Shown here: piece by piece, positions 11,901 to 25,649 of the stretch
Layout of the letters: the number at the start of each line of letters is the position of its first letter
Position numbering within the stretch: the first letter of the stretch is position 1
Notes under the pieces: model-generated
Seen by the model: the letters and a program-made list of their open reading frames with translations, nothing else
Told to the model about the DNA's origin: nothing
The model's database searches: none
Assembly: GCA_035084275.1 (NCBI GenBank)
Contig: CM068743.1
Span: 51,398,001 to 51,462,000 of the forward strand
Source: Hydrolagus colliei
Lineage: Eukaryota
Length of the DNA stretch: 64,000 nt
Direction of reading: 5' to 3'
Translations under genes and position numbers: made by a program

Positions 11901-14900
11901 TTCAACAGATAGATAGATTTTTAAAAATAAAGTGGGTTAAAGCAACTTCCAAGATTGCCAAACATTTACTCTAGTTGGGAGTTTGAAAATGAATCACTGC
12001 ACACACACAATGGCTTGTACACTTGAACGGCGAGCCTAGTTTAAGACTTCACAAAGTGCTGGACCGTACAGTATATGCTATTGCAAGTTGGAGGTGATCA
12101 GTTAAACATAATATAACTACACGCGGCCTCGGGTGAATTCACAGGCATTGTCCTAAAATCTGACTTTAGCAAAGAGTGAAAGGCTTGTGATGTCTGGTTT
12201 CAGTCTTAAGTTCACGATCTAGGCTAAGAACGAGTCCGGGCTGTGAGAGCAGCCAATCTGCTCAGCTCACGCTTTGGTATCAGCTTTTAACCAGAGAGAG
12301 TGTTTCGCCGCAATGCCTTTCAAGCTTCGGCTGCAGACACTGAAATATAGACAACACACACTTTACCTCGTTTGGAGTAATGTGTCAGGATGTTTGCCCG
12401 TTTATTGGCGCCAGGAAGAGAAATAGAGAAAACTTGCAATACACGCGATCAATACAGCTTGGCGGAGAAATATCTTCGTTAGTCTCTCAACGTCAAAGGG
12501 CAGTATAGTGCTGTGTGTTGCATTCTGTAGCTGTTTCTTGCACCTTTTCTCCTGTTGTGCAAAATATAGCCCATTTGATTTGTATCATCCCCCTACTCGA
12601 CTGAATTAAACGTGTTTATTGATTGTTAACCATGTCGGATGTCACAACCAAGGGTGTGTTAGCAAACTGGAAAAGAAACGCAGATTTTTTAAAAAAAAAA
12701 TGAAACACCGTTGGAGCTTTTTTTCCCCAGTGTGTTTTGGGAATGTACACAGCAGCCACGAGGCCGGCCTCCAAGGCTCATTCCTGCCTATAAAGCTCAA
12801 AATGAGACTCCCAGTGTCCTTGGAAACCGAAAGACCAATCCACTATCCACATTCGATTTTTACAGGGAATCCGAGTTATAAACCTTAAAGCCTTTCCCAA
12901 AATATACCATTAAAATTATCCAAATATGGCATAAATTTATTAAGCAATCAAATTTCTACCAGAAAAAAAGTCAGATAAATATCCTGTCTTCAACACGTTA
13001 ACACACTGCTGGTTATCATTTGTGTACAGTAGCTTGAGCATTTACATATGAGAGTCGACTATGCATTGCGTTTAGTTTTTCCCCATTAAATCTTTGTCTA
13101 CTCCCATGATCGTATGTGTCATAGGCACAGTGGGACTGCAAAAGAAACATTTGCAGGTTAACTTAGGAAGCCCACATTTCTGGACGACAGTGATAATTTT
13201 AAACAGTCATTTATGTTACTAAACAAGCAAGAATAACGAATCCTTTGAGACGGCCCTTAGAAAACACAATGCATGGGAGCTGGACTTCCTATCCCGCTGA
13301 CTTTTACACCGACTATACTTTAACTAACCTGTTTTAGATTAACACTCAATGTTAACAACATTTTCAGAGCTTTTGACCAGCGCCCAAAGTAAAACCAAAA
13401 AAAAACCATGGCGGTGGTAGGGGAGTGGGGGGTGGGGGTGGGGGGTTGGTGGGGGGAGAGGAAGTATGCTTGTGCTCAAATAGACTGGTAAAGCGTAGCT
13501 ATTGCCCAAGACTGAAGGTTAAATCCTTTGTCACTGTGAAATCACACTGTTTACTCCCGACCCGAGCTTGCTTTCAGGCGTCAGTCCCGGCTGTACTTGA
13601 TTGCAAAGGTGGCGAACAAAATATGCAGAACGTTAGTTACACAGAACGGCCTCTCTTATTTTTTTGGAACTGTATTATATTGTAGCACATTATTCTGTAA
13701 TGCCACGAAGTTAACACTTCGAAGGTAAATACTGCTCACAACTACTAAACTCTGTAGGTTACCTTAATTTAGAAATGGAGCTTGGATTTGATGGACGAAA
13801 AAGTATTTACTTTCGAAAAAATATTCTACAGGCACAGTAATGATGGATAATGCCTTGTTTTGATGTGTAGTTTTATTTTAATACGACCGCCTCGCCAAAG
13901 GAAAGTTTACATTAAACTGGAGTTCACGATCAAACTCTATACAGTATTACCCTTTGAAGTTACTCAAAGTTTGGCGGTTTCGAACAAGAAATGACTGTTC
14001 AATTTCTCTTCCGAGTCTTGCAAGCAGGGTTTGCTTGTTTTATGTTTGGCCGTTCTACAAGTAAAATGCTTGTAAATTCAGTTTAACAATCTTGTGTTTT
14101 TTTGTATTTTTAAGACAAAATCGTGAGGTCAACGTTATAGATGTGGTAAATGTTGTCTACTACAGCTCAAACTGCTGAAAACATACAGTTAAATATTTTG
14201 AAGCAAATTCTTCCCAAAGCTTGAAATGGTAAGTATTACATTTTAAAAAGAAGTCATTACCGATAATCAGCTTTTCTGCACTGCGCTGTGTAAATATACA
14301 GAAAACCTTGGTGCCGCTTTATTAGTTTGTTATCGCTGACCTTCTACACTTAACCCGCAGAGCTACAGTCCATTTCATTAACCTACTAAACTCGACACTA
14401 CAAACATTAAACTAGAAATGCACACTAACGCCTGCATGTTTGGAAGCGTTTTGCAGCACGCGTGGCAGAATAATAATAATATTGTTCTATTTAAGTAAAA
14501 CCAGGTCGAATGTTGCTCGTGGCTGTAATTATCAATTTAAAATTCCAGTTACATTCGAGTGACCGCAACGTGATGGTCAAGATTACTTATGTTTACTCGG
14601 TTTATACTGAGTCTCCTAAACCCAACGTACCTTTCACTTGAAGCATAAGGATTAAAAATGGACATTATAACAGTACAAACATATATTTTGTCAGCTGCAG
14701 AGGTGTGTGTGTGTGTGTGTTTGATGGGGGGGTGGGGGGTGGGGGGGGGGGGGGGGGTGAGTGCTGGGAGGTGGGAGAAAATAAATAAAAATACTAACAT
14801 TATTGCAATAACGAAACATAAAGCAATTTTACATATTACTAATTCTCGTGGCTTTATTGCACAACATTTGAGACTACGTTTAATTTTATTGAGTAGACGT

Positions 14901-15157
14901 GCTGTTAATAAACCAGAATGAGGGAATAAAGCTGCATTTAGGAGCTGTGCAGTTTACCCAATACACGTATGGTGACCTTTTTGCAGTTCTAATGACGTAG
15001 CTACCCCGTGGGGGTGGGGCTTGTGGGCAGCTCTGCTCTGTGATTGGCCGAGGCGCTTGTCCTGCTGCGGAGGTATCTCTAATCATATTCAGCGTGTTTG
15101 CACAAGAAATGTCAGCCTGAGCGGGATATCTTCTGCTTTCGCCAAATTACCCCAACA

Positions 15158-15917
15158 ATGTCATGCTCAGACAGCCCGGCAGCAAACTCCTTTTTAGTAG
15201 ATTCTCTGATCAGCGTGGGCCGTGGTGGGGACGGGACTTATTACCCCAACAACAGCCTGTACCTGCCGCCTGCGTCTGATCTGTCTTACGGCATCCAGAA
15301 CTGTGGACTTTTCCCATCTTTGAGCAAACGAAGCGAGAACAACCCTCAGAGTATGATCCTGACTTCTCATCCCTACGTGAGCGGGATGGAAGTTTGGTCA
15401 GATCCTCCCAGATCTTGTCGCATGGAGCAGCCTGCAGCCCAGCAAGTGGCAGCGTGTTCCTTCCCGCAGAGCATCAAAGAGGAAAATGCATATTGTCTGT
15501 ACGATTCTGAGAAATGTCCCAAAACCCCCACCGCCACAGATCTCTCCACATTCCCAAGACTGACATCAGAATCGTGCTCCATTAATGACAGTACTAATAG
15601 CGGCGGGGTTCCTGTCCCCGGCTACTTCCGCCTGTCCCAAGCCTATCCGACATCCAAACAGACACTTTATAGCAACACTGGGCAGGCTGGGGCCTCTTCA
15701 TTCGTGCCCCAGTCACAGATCCGTTTCGGAACCCCCCCTTCTTCAGCTTCGACCCCGAGTGAGTTGGGGAGGAAAGGAAGTGAAGGGACGTCCCCTGATC
15801 ATTTAACCTGTGGTTCGGAGAGGGAAGAAGTAGACGTCCAAGCTTCTTCAGCAAATGAACAAACATCTCCCGAACCTTCAGAGAACAGCAAAAACTCTCC
15901 TCAGAAGGAAACAAAAG
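15158..15917 (+). CDS. hoxa10: Homeobox protein HoxA10, exon 1
   Basis: MSCSDSPAANSFLVDSLIS...IKEENAYCLYDSEKC...GGVPVPGYFRLSQAY are Hox10 motifs; donor G|GTAGGT at 15917/15918, phase 1. Confidence 0.95.
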
Positions 15918-17551
15918 GTAGGTAAATATTATACCAGATGGACTCTGCACAGTCCTCAGAAGGGGTAAACGTGGCAAGTACAGTTAACAAGTTTAACAAA
16001 GGGGGGGTTCTTGTGACCTTGTGAACTTTCCATTTTTAGGCGTGAGCTGTGCTGTAAAAATTAATGCCCAATATAGTTTATTGCATTAGCCCACGCTCTG
16101 GAGTCATTTGCTGCCACAGTTTAAACTTGTCAGTTAAGTTACAAAACCACGATTCCTTTCTAGAGTTATTTAAGTGTGCCGCATAGTAGGACATATTTGC
16201 ACACAGTGTCCAAAGTAAACAAAAGGCAGCCAATAAATAATACTCTAAGGAACATAGTGATATTTTATGATGCTGCGTTGGTATCGAGAAAGGAAGTATA
16301 AACTTTATTTAGAAAAATCCTCAAAATCTTGAGGATGTGTAAATATATATGGTGCTATTTGTGGCTATACTAATATTCCTGAAATGCTAATTTAAATGCA
16401 ACAAACCTAACCTGAGGCTGTGAATCAGTTTCAACCAATGGTCGTTCTTTTGTGCATTGGAAATCTGATAAACTGCGTGGAAACAAACATCAAGCAGCAT
16501 AAACGAAAGTAACAATAAGAATGAGGGGATCTCTGCTAACGAACTTGTGAAGGTATACCTGGAGGAAATCATTCCAGAGTTTAAAAAGAGTTTAAAAAAA
16601 ACGTAGGGTGGTAATGATCTTGAAACATCCCAATGGCGAAGAAACTATCTCATTCCGTTTCATCTGGATCTGATGATTTTTAAAAACAGAACATTCGGCC
16701 AATTTTGTTTAATTGTAGACATAGTTGAAAATGAGCCCTTGCAACTGAATACCGGTCGGAAATGGTATTGGAAAGAAATACACTAATTGGCACTAAAAGT
16801 GGACTCTGCACGTTATTTGGATTTTACTTAGGATTCCAACATACATTTCTTCCATGTGTTAGTCGTTGAGCATGTATTTAGGGATATTGTAGAATGAGAA
16901 AGTAAACGAAATTATTGCCTGAAATCATTATATCAAATCACTGTATGAAATGATTGTATGAAATCAAAATAATCGGAAAATTCACTTCAAATCAATCCAC
17001 ACAGATTTTAGTTTTTAAAACAATTTAGAATATGAAACGCAAGATAAAAAAGTGAAAACGTTAACTAAAATATAAACATTATCATAGCAGGCAGAGAAAC
17101 AGACAGTACGAAATCATTTCGATTTTAGTTGAAATACATTCAATTCTCCGTTTTCTTGAACAGGGTTTGTCATTGAAGAACTTATCTTCATGTTACGAAG
17201 TATTTAGAAATATGTTCGTTTTGTGTTCTGTGCATTCAATGGTGTGTGAGTCTGTTGTAGAAGCGGTAGCCAATTTTCTGTGCTGACTCAAATTCTTTTG
17301 TAAGTGTTAATCAAAACTAACACCATTATACATTTTAAGTATTTAATAACCCACGGATAGCTATACTGAGGAAACAAACAGGAAAATCCAGCCTGTATAT
17401 GACTTCACCAGCTCAAAGCAAGATCCTAAATTGATTTTTTTTTACAAACTATGGTTAACTCTCCTTGTTCTGTTTACTCCCCTCTCTCTCTCTCTCTCTC
17501 TCCCTCTCCACCTTTCGTCTCTTGTGTCTCCTTTTTTCTCTTGCTTACTAG

Positions 17552-17826
17552 GGGAAGTAAAATCCGAAAATACGGCCAACTGGCTAACTGCAAAGAGTGG
17601 CAGGAAAAAACGATGCCCTTACACCAAACACCAAACCCTGGAGCTGGAAAAAGAGTTTCTCTTCAATATGTACCTGACTCGAGAGCGTCGCCTAGAGATT
17701 AGCCGCAGTGTCCACCTGACTGACAGGCAGGTCAAAATCTGGTTTCAAAATCGCAGGATGAAACTCAAGAAAATGAATCGTGAAAACAGGATCCGGGAGC
17801 TAACAGCTAACTTCAGCTTTTCATGA
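17552..17826 (+). CDS. hoxa10: Homeobox protein HoxA10, exon 2 (homeodomain)
   Basis: Polypyrimidine tract plus CTAG| at 17551; [86 protein letters not shown]. Spliced protein 344 aa. Confidence 0.96.
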
Positions 17827-19691
17827 TAAACAAAAACACTGGTTTACAGATTCCAGCGGGACATTGAGAAGTTGTGCTATTATTACTGAGAGACTAAAAA
17901 CTTTTCCACTTACCTCTGACTTTCCAGCTTCATGCTGGTTGTAAATATTTACAAACTACGTGTTTTGTTTTTGGTTGTGGCGGTAATCTGTTTTGTCGCT
18001 ATAATACTAATGATGATGATAATATTAAGAAAGTATTGCCATTGATAAGCAAGGCATGTACAAAAGTTATCAGCCTGTATGATAATTTTCCAGACGATAG
18101 TGGGGAAACCAATGTCAACAATATTTTAATTGTGTGTTAGTTGCCAATTATCAGCTAAGTGCATCCAACCTTGTAACGTTTAAATGCAGATACCCATTCT
18201 GTTAAAATTAGTTCCCAAAAGTCAATGCCGTATACTGACACGTTCGTAGAACTTAAATGTGAATATTCTGTAAAGTGTGCTGTTACATAATGATATCACA
18301 TACCTTGAGAGACCGGATGCATCCGAGCACATTTAAACATGTGGATTATTATTGCAAACATAAAAAGGTAGCAATGTCGCGTGTTGAATCCATTACTGTC
18401 AAATCACCTTTAAAACAAAGCAAGCAAAGGGATATATAATTGATATGTTTTGGTGTATGAAAAGAGGAGCTACTTATACTACAGGACTCAGAATATGCTA
18501 TCAGTCCTTTGCTGCTGCACTGTGTATGTTAAAAAGAGACCTTGTGTTTTCATGAACGATGAATAAAAACATTTCGTCGGATTCCTTCGAGACAGAAATA
18601 TGTACATAATTTTATATATATACTTCTTTTATTTTTTTACTTAATTTTGTGTTCGTCTCTTTTCTTGCCTTGTCTGTTCAGAAAGTTTACAACAGGAATA
18701 GTGGATTTAAACACTGGCAATTGCTGTTCCAATCCATTTAAATATTACCTAGACGGTCGTAATTTGTCTGGGCTATATAGCAATGGTGCTGTAACGTTTG
18801 TCGGCTTTTGTTGAGTTTTATGACTTGCTAGTATATCTGGGTTGTTGCTGTCTTGGACGAGTGGTTTCAGTTGAGCGAACAGCCACGAAGAAAGAGGGAG
18901 CAGAGCGCTGCTGTGATCTAGGGGATTGATTTTCTTTGCTCCTAACGCACTTCAGATCTTTTAATCAGCAAAATTCAGAAGATTCTGAGAAATCGAATAA
19001 ATTCAGCTTTTGAAAGGATAAGAAGCCCGAAGGCATTAAATGGTGAAGGTAAGGTATGTAAGGAGAATGAATGTCAAGGCCTGTTTTCCTACAGGGATTT
19101 ATTTTTGAAGGAATACCAATGATAATAGCTAAACATTCTGTATTCTTGATAGTTTTTTTTAAAAAAACAATACGAACATAATTTTAACATATACAAGCGC
19201 AAGTTACTGTACCGGTGAAATTTACAATCTATCTGGGGGGAGGGTGCGGTGGGGGGGGGGGGGGGGGGGGGGGTGCGGTGGGGGAAGGAACAAAAGAAAA
19301 GACCTTTACACAGACTGTGTCATCTGACTGGTTCTTTTCTTGAGCCAAACCTTGAACTCGTGATTATTGTAGTACAGACAAGTTACTATGGATTATCTTT
19401 ACTTAAATGAATAAGATGCATTAATTCCGCGTGAAATCCTGACTTGCTTTTAATCTTTTCAATTAAATGCTCTTTCGATCTACAAGGCGAAAACTGATTT
19501 GTGTAAAATGATTAGAATGAAGTATAGTATTACCCGCTGAAAAGAGCACGTTTTGTTTTCGGTAAAGCATTAAACCAGCAAGTGACTAAGGGTGTAGAAA
19601 ATGTGACTGTTCGATTTTAGTGAATTTCTTGAATATGCCTTAAAACATTCCCATTTGTGTAGGGTGATAGGAATCTAAAGAACCAAGATAG

Positions 19692-19775
19692 AACTGATGT
19701 GTGATTTAGGTAGTTTCATGTTGTTGGGGCTCGAGTCTAACTCTACAACACGAAACTGCTCGAATTACTGCAGTT
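19692..19775 (+). ncRNA. mir196: miR-196 precursor hairpin (HoxA copy; positional orthologue of mammalian mir-196b)
   Basis: Mature 5p TAGGTAGTTTCATGTTGTTGGG at 19707-19728; complementary 3p arm CTACAACACGAAACTGCTCGAA at about 19743-19764; basal stem AACTG/CAGTT; canonical position between Hox10 and Hox9. Confidence 0.95.
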
Positions 19776-22700
19776 ATCGTCTTCGCCAGTGAATCTATCG
19801 CTGGTTTGGATAAAAACATCACTTTACCAAACAACACGTTTAACCAATTGAGAAAAAAAATGTTGTAAGCAGTAATCCGGCAATATTTATTTGAGAAATT
19901 CCAAGTATTTTATAAGAGCGATTTCAACAGCTTCCTGATTAAGCGTTCTCGATAGCAATGCAACTTTGATTGTTTTTTATAAAATAAAAGAGCAGTCTGT
20001 GCTTCGGTTTGCAATCTAGCATGGATTTACGTTTTTTTAAAAAAAGTTATTGCCAATTAGAAATTGCGAAATGTTTTTGTGCATTGGGTTCATATTTTCT
20101 AAGAAGGATCAAGTTCATGTGTAATTTGATTATTTGATCAATTTTAGATTTCTGCTAGACTGTGATTGTGCTTCTGAATCGTGATTTAAATGTCGTTTCT
20201 GGTCGATGCCGCATTGCTGCGGATATTTTCAGGATGTAACTAATTTCATCCCCACGGCAGCATAATACATGCATTGAGAATTCCTCTTTGTTTGTAATAA
20301 ATGTTTCAACATCATGTTAATATTACATAAACAGTGCATATTTTTTTGAGTGTATTCTCCTCGTGATTGATCTTATGATTCCCAGTGAAAATCGGAAATA
20401 AGCAGGGACTGGCGGAAGTGATATATTAGGGTACGTGTTTTAAGCATATGTATTCCACCAAGTGAAAGACAAAGAAATTACTTGGAAGGCACAAGGCCTC
20501 GGTTATGATCATTACATGGCGCCTAGGCGCGTAAATTTGTTTCAATCTGGGAAACAGCGACCTCGGTGGACGGTAGTGGAATTGCTTCTCTGTTGGAGAC
20601 CTGCCGCTGCAGGAAACCAGACTAAACACAGAGAGCAGACATCCTATTATATACTGGCTATTTAGACGAGACAAACAGAAGCTTTAATCTAAGGAAAGCA
20701 GGTAAACAAACACCAAGGCATTTTATCTGGTGGGTTGGCTATTTAAATGGCAGATCCGGTTTCCATTGTCATGTTTTAACCTATCGAAGTATTTAGTTAT
20801 ACCGAATTCGAACAGTTTTTGTGTTCAATCTCGCCAGTGAAGTTTTCCATTAATTTATATTATAAAATACACTCGGAAAAAAAAACCCCAGTACGTTAAC
20901 CCAGTTAAGGAATCCAATCATTTTCGGATTGCCACGTGGGAGTAAATCATTTCTGTATATGTAAACCAGCCTTCGAATGAATTTTTGCAAGTTACCCACA
21001 AATGCATTTTTCAGAAAAAGATACATTTAATTTAAATTAGCACAGTTACGGTGTTCATGTAATGTGTTTTAGCAGTCGATTTTAACCCAATGCAGGTATC
21101 GCATGTTGCGAAACAAATATTTGAATGCTTGATAAAAATCCATTTAGAATGTTTTATTTCGTGAAAAATAAAACAATTTAGGGACCAAATGTATATTTTG
21201 TATCCTCAAACAGTTCAGCAACCCACACTATTCTATATATCTATATATATATATTTATATATATGGCTATTTCATTACTTGGGCAACCATCACATCTTAT
21301 TCAAAATATATTGCAAATCAGCCACACGTATAACTATTTCCTCCATCATTAATATATCTAATTGTGTTTTGATATAAAATATAGTTTGGAGAGAAATCAG
21401 TGGGATTCTTGTGTAAGATACTTGATTCGAACAATATCATTATAATTTTTCAAAAAGTATCTCTGGCGAGGCCAACATGGTGTCAGCTTTATGTCAAGTG
21501 CACACGTTTGCTCCCTATTAGTTTATGCTATTAATTTGTAAGTTTTTTTATTTTTTACTGGAAATGTACACCTTTACTGGGGGGAAAAAGTCACTGTTAT
21601 CATGTACACGTTCTTCTAATTTGAAGGCGAATTTCATCACACGAATTTTTAAATATAGAGCAGTAAATCGTTTGTAAATTTCTTTTTTTTACTAATTCAT
21701 CGGTTTTATTTTTAAATATAGTGCGTGCAATGTAGTCTTTGTTGTGTTAGAGCTTTCTTTTAGTGTTGCTGTTGTTTTGGGGGTGAGTTGGATTTTATTT
21801 ACCATTATTTGGGGAAAACAACAATTTCCAACAACTGCTTTGCTGTTTGAGAACATCTTCAGTTGGTAGTTTTTGTTTCCCAAACACAGTATTTAGATGT
21901 AGTTATGGGTCGGTTCAGCCTAATTTGAATTCCTTCCTATAGACGTCTTCATAATTTGGTTATTTGTTATTTTATTGTTCAAATCTTCTTGTACATCTTT
22001 GTCAAGTCATTCAGTTTACAGGAAAAAAACATGAACGAGATTAAAGTGCTTTGAAGATGCTGTTGTTCTTGAACGCTGGTTTGCCCACAAACGGACGACA
22101 TCTTCACGCAGATGTTATCTGAATGGAAATACGGGCATCAGCTTTTAAAGTTCCCTTTAAATCACATTAAGCCATAAAAAAACGGAATGTGTGCGAGTTT
22201 TCTTCGTTTTTATGCGTTGGGAATTTAATCGTGCGGTTTTATACTACTGTTGTACTATTTTATTTGGGAGGGCGGTGGGTGATGTTGTTGTTTGTCTACT
22301 CTTGCTGATGTGTTTTCGATTTATATTTTACTTAGTTGAGAAAACGTTTAATGCACAGTATTTGCGAATTTATCTGATTTTCGTACGTTGGGAGTCACCC
22401 AATTCACCCACCAAGAGCGTCTTGTATTATTGATATATTTCATTATTTCTTTTGAACGCTTTTAATGCAAATGAAAAAAAGAAAGCACACGAAGCTCCAA
22501 ATCAGGATGTAAAAGTCACTTTTCAGTTGTTATCTGTAGTCCATGCACTTCACCAGGCAATAAAAGCGGGACATAGTCCGAATATACATACACGCTTTAA
22601 CATTAGAATCGAAACATATACTAAGTATCTGCTACATGCAGAATAAATGATTTGGGGGTTTAATAATAATTTACTCTGAGATCTTTGGTGGGTTATATCC

Positions 22701-25414
22701 ACTCACGTAAAAATAGCTTGTTTTCTTTCTCAGGTTTAAAATTTCAATTCCTGGTCTGAAACCTTTAACTTGTAAACAAGCTAGTGTGAGGTCAACTTCC
22801 AAACACAAATTTTGGAAGAGCCTTGCTGAACCTCCAACCTGGACGGCACGACAGTGATTCGAAACTAGCTCTAAACCGTGATCAATGTAAAACCGAGAAT
22901 TCACGATGCAATTGGCAACATATTCTACTATGACCAAAATCAAGCATTTTATACCCAAACTATAAATCTTTTAGGTATCACAAGACCCGAAGCATTCCAA
23001 GGTCGTAGTTTAAATTTCTCCCAAACGCTTGCAACAAATTATATTCTACAGCGCAGGGTATTTTCGATTGGAGAAGGATTTTGAACAAGATGCAGTTTCA
23101 GAGCAATATATATAATGTAATGTAAGCTAATGAATTCGCTTTGCAAACGCAGACGGGGGTGTCTGTGAATCCCAGTTTCAGGCCAGCTGCACAGGAAACA
23201 CAAACCCCTTTCCCCGCTTTGGACTTGAATTGTTCTCAATCCTGCTCCAGACCACAGCACCCCGCCGACTCCGCTGTAACACTCCGCTGGTCAGGAGCCC
23301 ACGGCCGCGGGCGCGGAGGGGAGCGAGTGGGGGAGCGCGCAGGCAGCAATCAAAGGATAAATGGCCACAATTGCTAACCAAAGGAATGAAGGAAAACAAT
23401 CTGAACCGAGAGAACATGCGATCCAACAAGGTGTGGGGGAGACTGGCAATATCACTGGGGACGATTAACCTGGGCCACAAGGAAGCGTATGGGGAAGCAG
23501 GCGTGTGGTAGCAACACGCTGTTTTAAATATGGGATCTGATACTTTGTCTTTGTTTAATACGTACTTCTGCGGTTTCTACCTCACCCAAAAGCACATTTG
23601 CTTCAGGGTTATTTTCAGTGTTACAATTTTACCTTAACTTTAACGTTCACCCATTGAGCGCATGCTGTTGGGGGAATTAGTTTCAATCGTTTTGCGTTTT
23701 GTGGCCCAAAGAAGGAACCATGAACTCCCCCGCCCCCCGCCTCCTCCTTCCCCCAGTATAGTGTGTAAAGAACCATAAAACAATCACAGAATAATGCTTT
23801 TTTTAAAATGAGATACACTTACAAATCTACAGCATTCACCGCCTCCACTTGTGTTACTGTTTGTCTTCGAACAAGATCCGAGCATTTAAAAACGAAGGTA
23901 AGTTTCCACTTACGGGAATTTTCTTTCAGCTTTGCGCATATTTATGATAACGTTGCACATGTTTTAAGATCGGTTAAAGTAAATTGTAACATAATATGAC
24001 GGGGATGGAGCTGTGGTGTAAACATTCTCATTGTGCAGAGTTAAATCTGGACACTCGCATTACATAAACAAACGCACTGGCGCCTGAGACTGTGGAGTGG
24101 GAGAACGTGCAATGTAATGGTGTTTTTAAAATCGCATTAATATAATTACTTTGGTACAAAAATTGCAAGATTTCCGTCATGGTCGCCATAAATTCCCCGC
24201 TTTAAATCGCTTGATCAAAACGTTACGATTACAAGTTCATTGACTGTAAAAGTAAATGAATCCCTCAACATGGATCTCCTGAAACATAAGACGATTACGG
24301 CATCCTACTTGTCTGATTTCCCCGTTATTTAAGAAGGCTGCTCGGCACAGGACACACTCTGTGAAGCTCACACGCAGGCCTACTGAATTTTCCATGGATA
24401 AAGTCAGCTTTTAAGTTGGGCGAATGTCCTTATATTAAAGCCAACGTATGTAGCCAAGCTTAACGGCGATCTCTTACTCGATAGCAATATCAATCTGATA
24501 CGTTTGTATACATATATACAGTATGTTTGTTTAACGCGTGGCTTGGGTTTTAATTGTTATTGACTGTATAACAGATACATTTCCCGAGTATTGCACTGGG
24601 ATGTTACTGCCTGTTGTGGTGGGGAGCTTTCCAGCTGCACTCTCCTCAGAGCCCGCAAGTGAGAGAGCGAAACAAGAAGCCCAAGAAATTGCAGAAAAAC
24701 CCGGTGGTGTTGTACACCTGATGAAGAAATACATTGATAGCAGCGTTGGTATCTGCCAAGCAAAATCACACGTCGAATACGGAAGTGGTGATTAACTGTG
24801 CAGCACGCTAGGTAGGGCACGGTTTGGGGAACGGCTCGGGTTTGCCAACATGAGGTTTTTATTGCTGAACCTGTTGGGAAAGGGAAACGCCTGGAGTATA
24901 TTTTTACGTGCGTTGCATTTACGAAGTTAGAGAGTCTCTCACAGCAGCAGGTAAACACGCGACTTCCCAGAGGCGCGGTGTGTGGGGGGGTAACTTCACT
25001 GCAGATCTGCACTTGTTCAGGGCCCGTTTCTTTTAAGCAAAAAAAGGAAACCTGAGCAGGAATAAGAAAATACCTGTCCAAGCTCAGTGCTGGGTTGCAT
25101 TTGTCTGCCCCCCTCCCTCCCTCCCGCCACCCCTCCCCCACTTTGCCGTTTATAGTTTCACTCGTTCCGTCGTCTTATTTTTTTTATAATTATTATGATG
25201 GTGATGATGATGATGATGCGAAGGTTAACGATTATAAGGTGTTCGTTAAGAAAACGAGCCACTGATGGGAAGATTGATGGTGGCGTAAAATAGTCCCTGG
25301 GACCAGAGCAGCCAAAGAAGCCTCGCTGGAAACTCAGCTGGTCGCAATGAAGAGACGCCGGGACACGGAGAGGTGATTACATCCCTTTGCGTTAAAAACC
25401 ATATGGTGTTGGTG

Positions 25415-25545
25415 TATAAAATTATGGCTGTAAAACATTGACCCTGTAACAACCTGCGGATTGATTTATATTCCATTGTTGTTGTATTGATCACGTGGGG
25501 GCCGCGGCCAATGGCGGGGCAGAGCGTCTGCACCATATTAACAGC
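25415..25545 (+). promoter_or_regulatory. hoxa9 proximal promoter (Hox/Pbx site, E-box, CCAAT, GC box)
   Basis: TAAAATTATGG, TGATTTAT (25462-25469), CACGTG (25492-25497), CCAAT (25508-25512) and GGCGGGGC, in the order remembered for mammalian HOXA9. Confidence 0.7.
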
Positions 25546-25649
25546 CTGGACTTGTTCGGGCGGCAAGTTGTAATTGAATGCCGCTTCTTTCCTATTTTCA
25601 CCGGGAGCTTTTGCTGGGGATTTTGTGTTTGTTTTTTTTTTTGCCGACG

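Noticed and set aside
15098-15157. ORF-track N-terminal extension of HoxA10
   Set aside because: Starts at TTG, an artefact of the ORF caller's start set; the conserved start is the ATG at 15158.
24557-25141. 194-aa minus-strand ORF upstream of hoxa9
   Set aside because: No recognisable domain, non-ATG start in a G run, composition typical of non-coding DNA.
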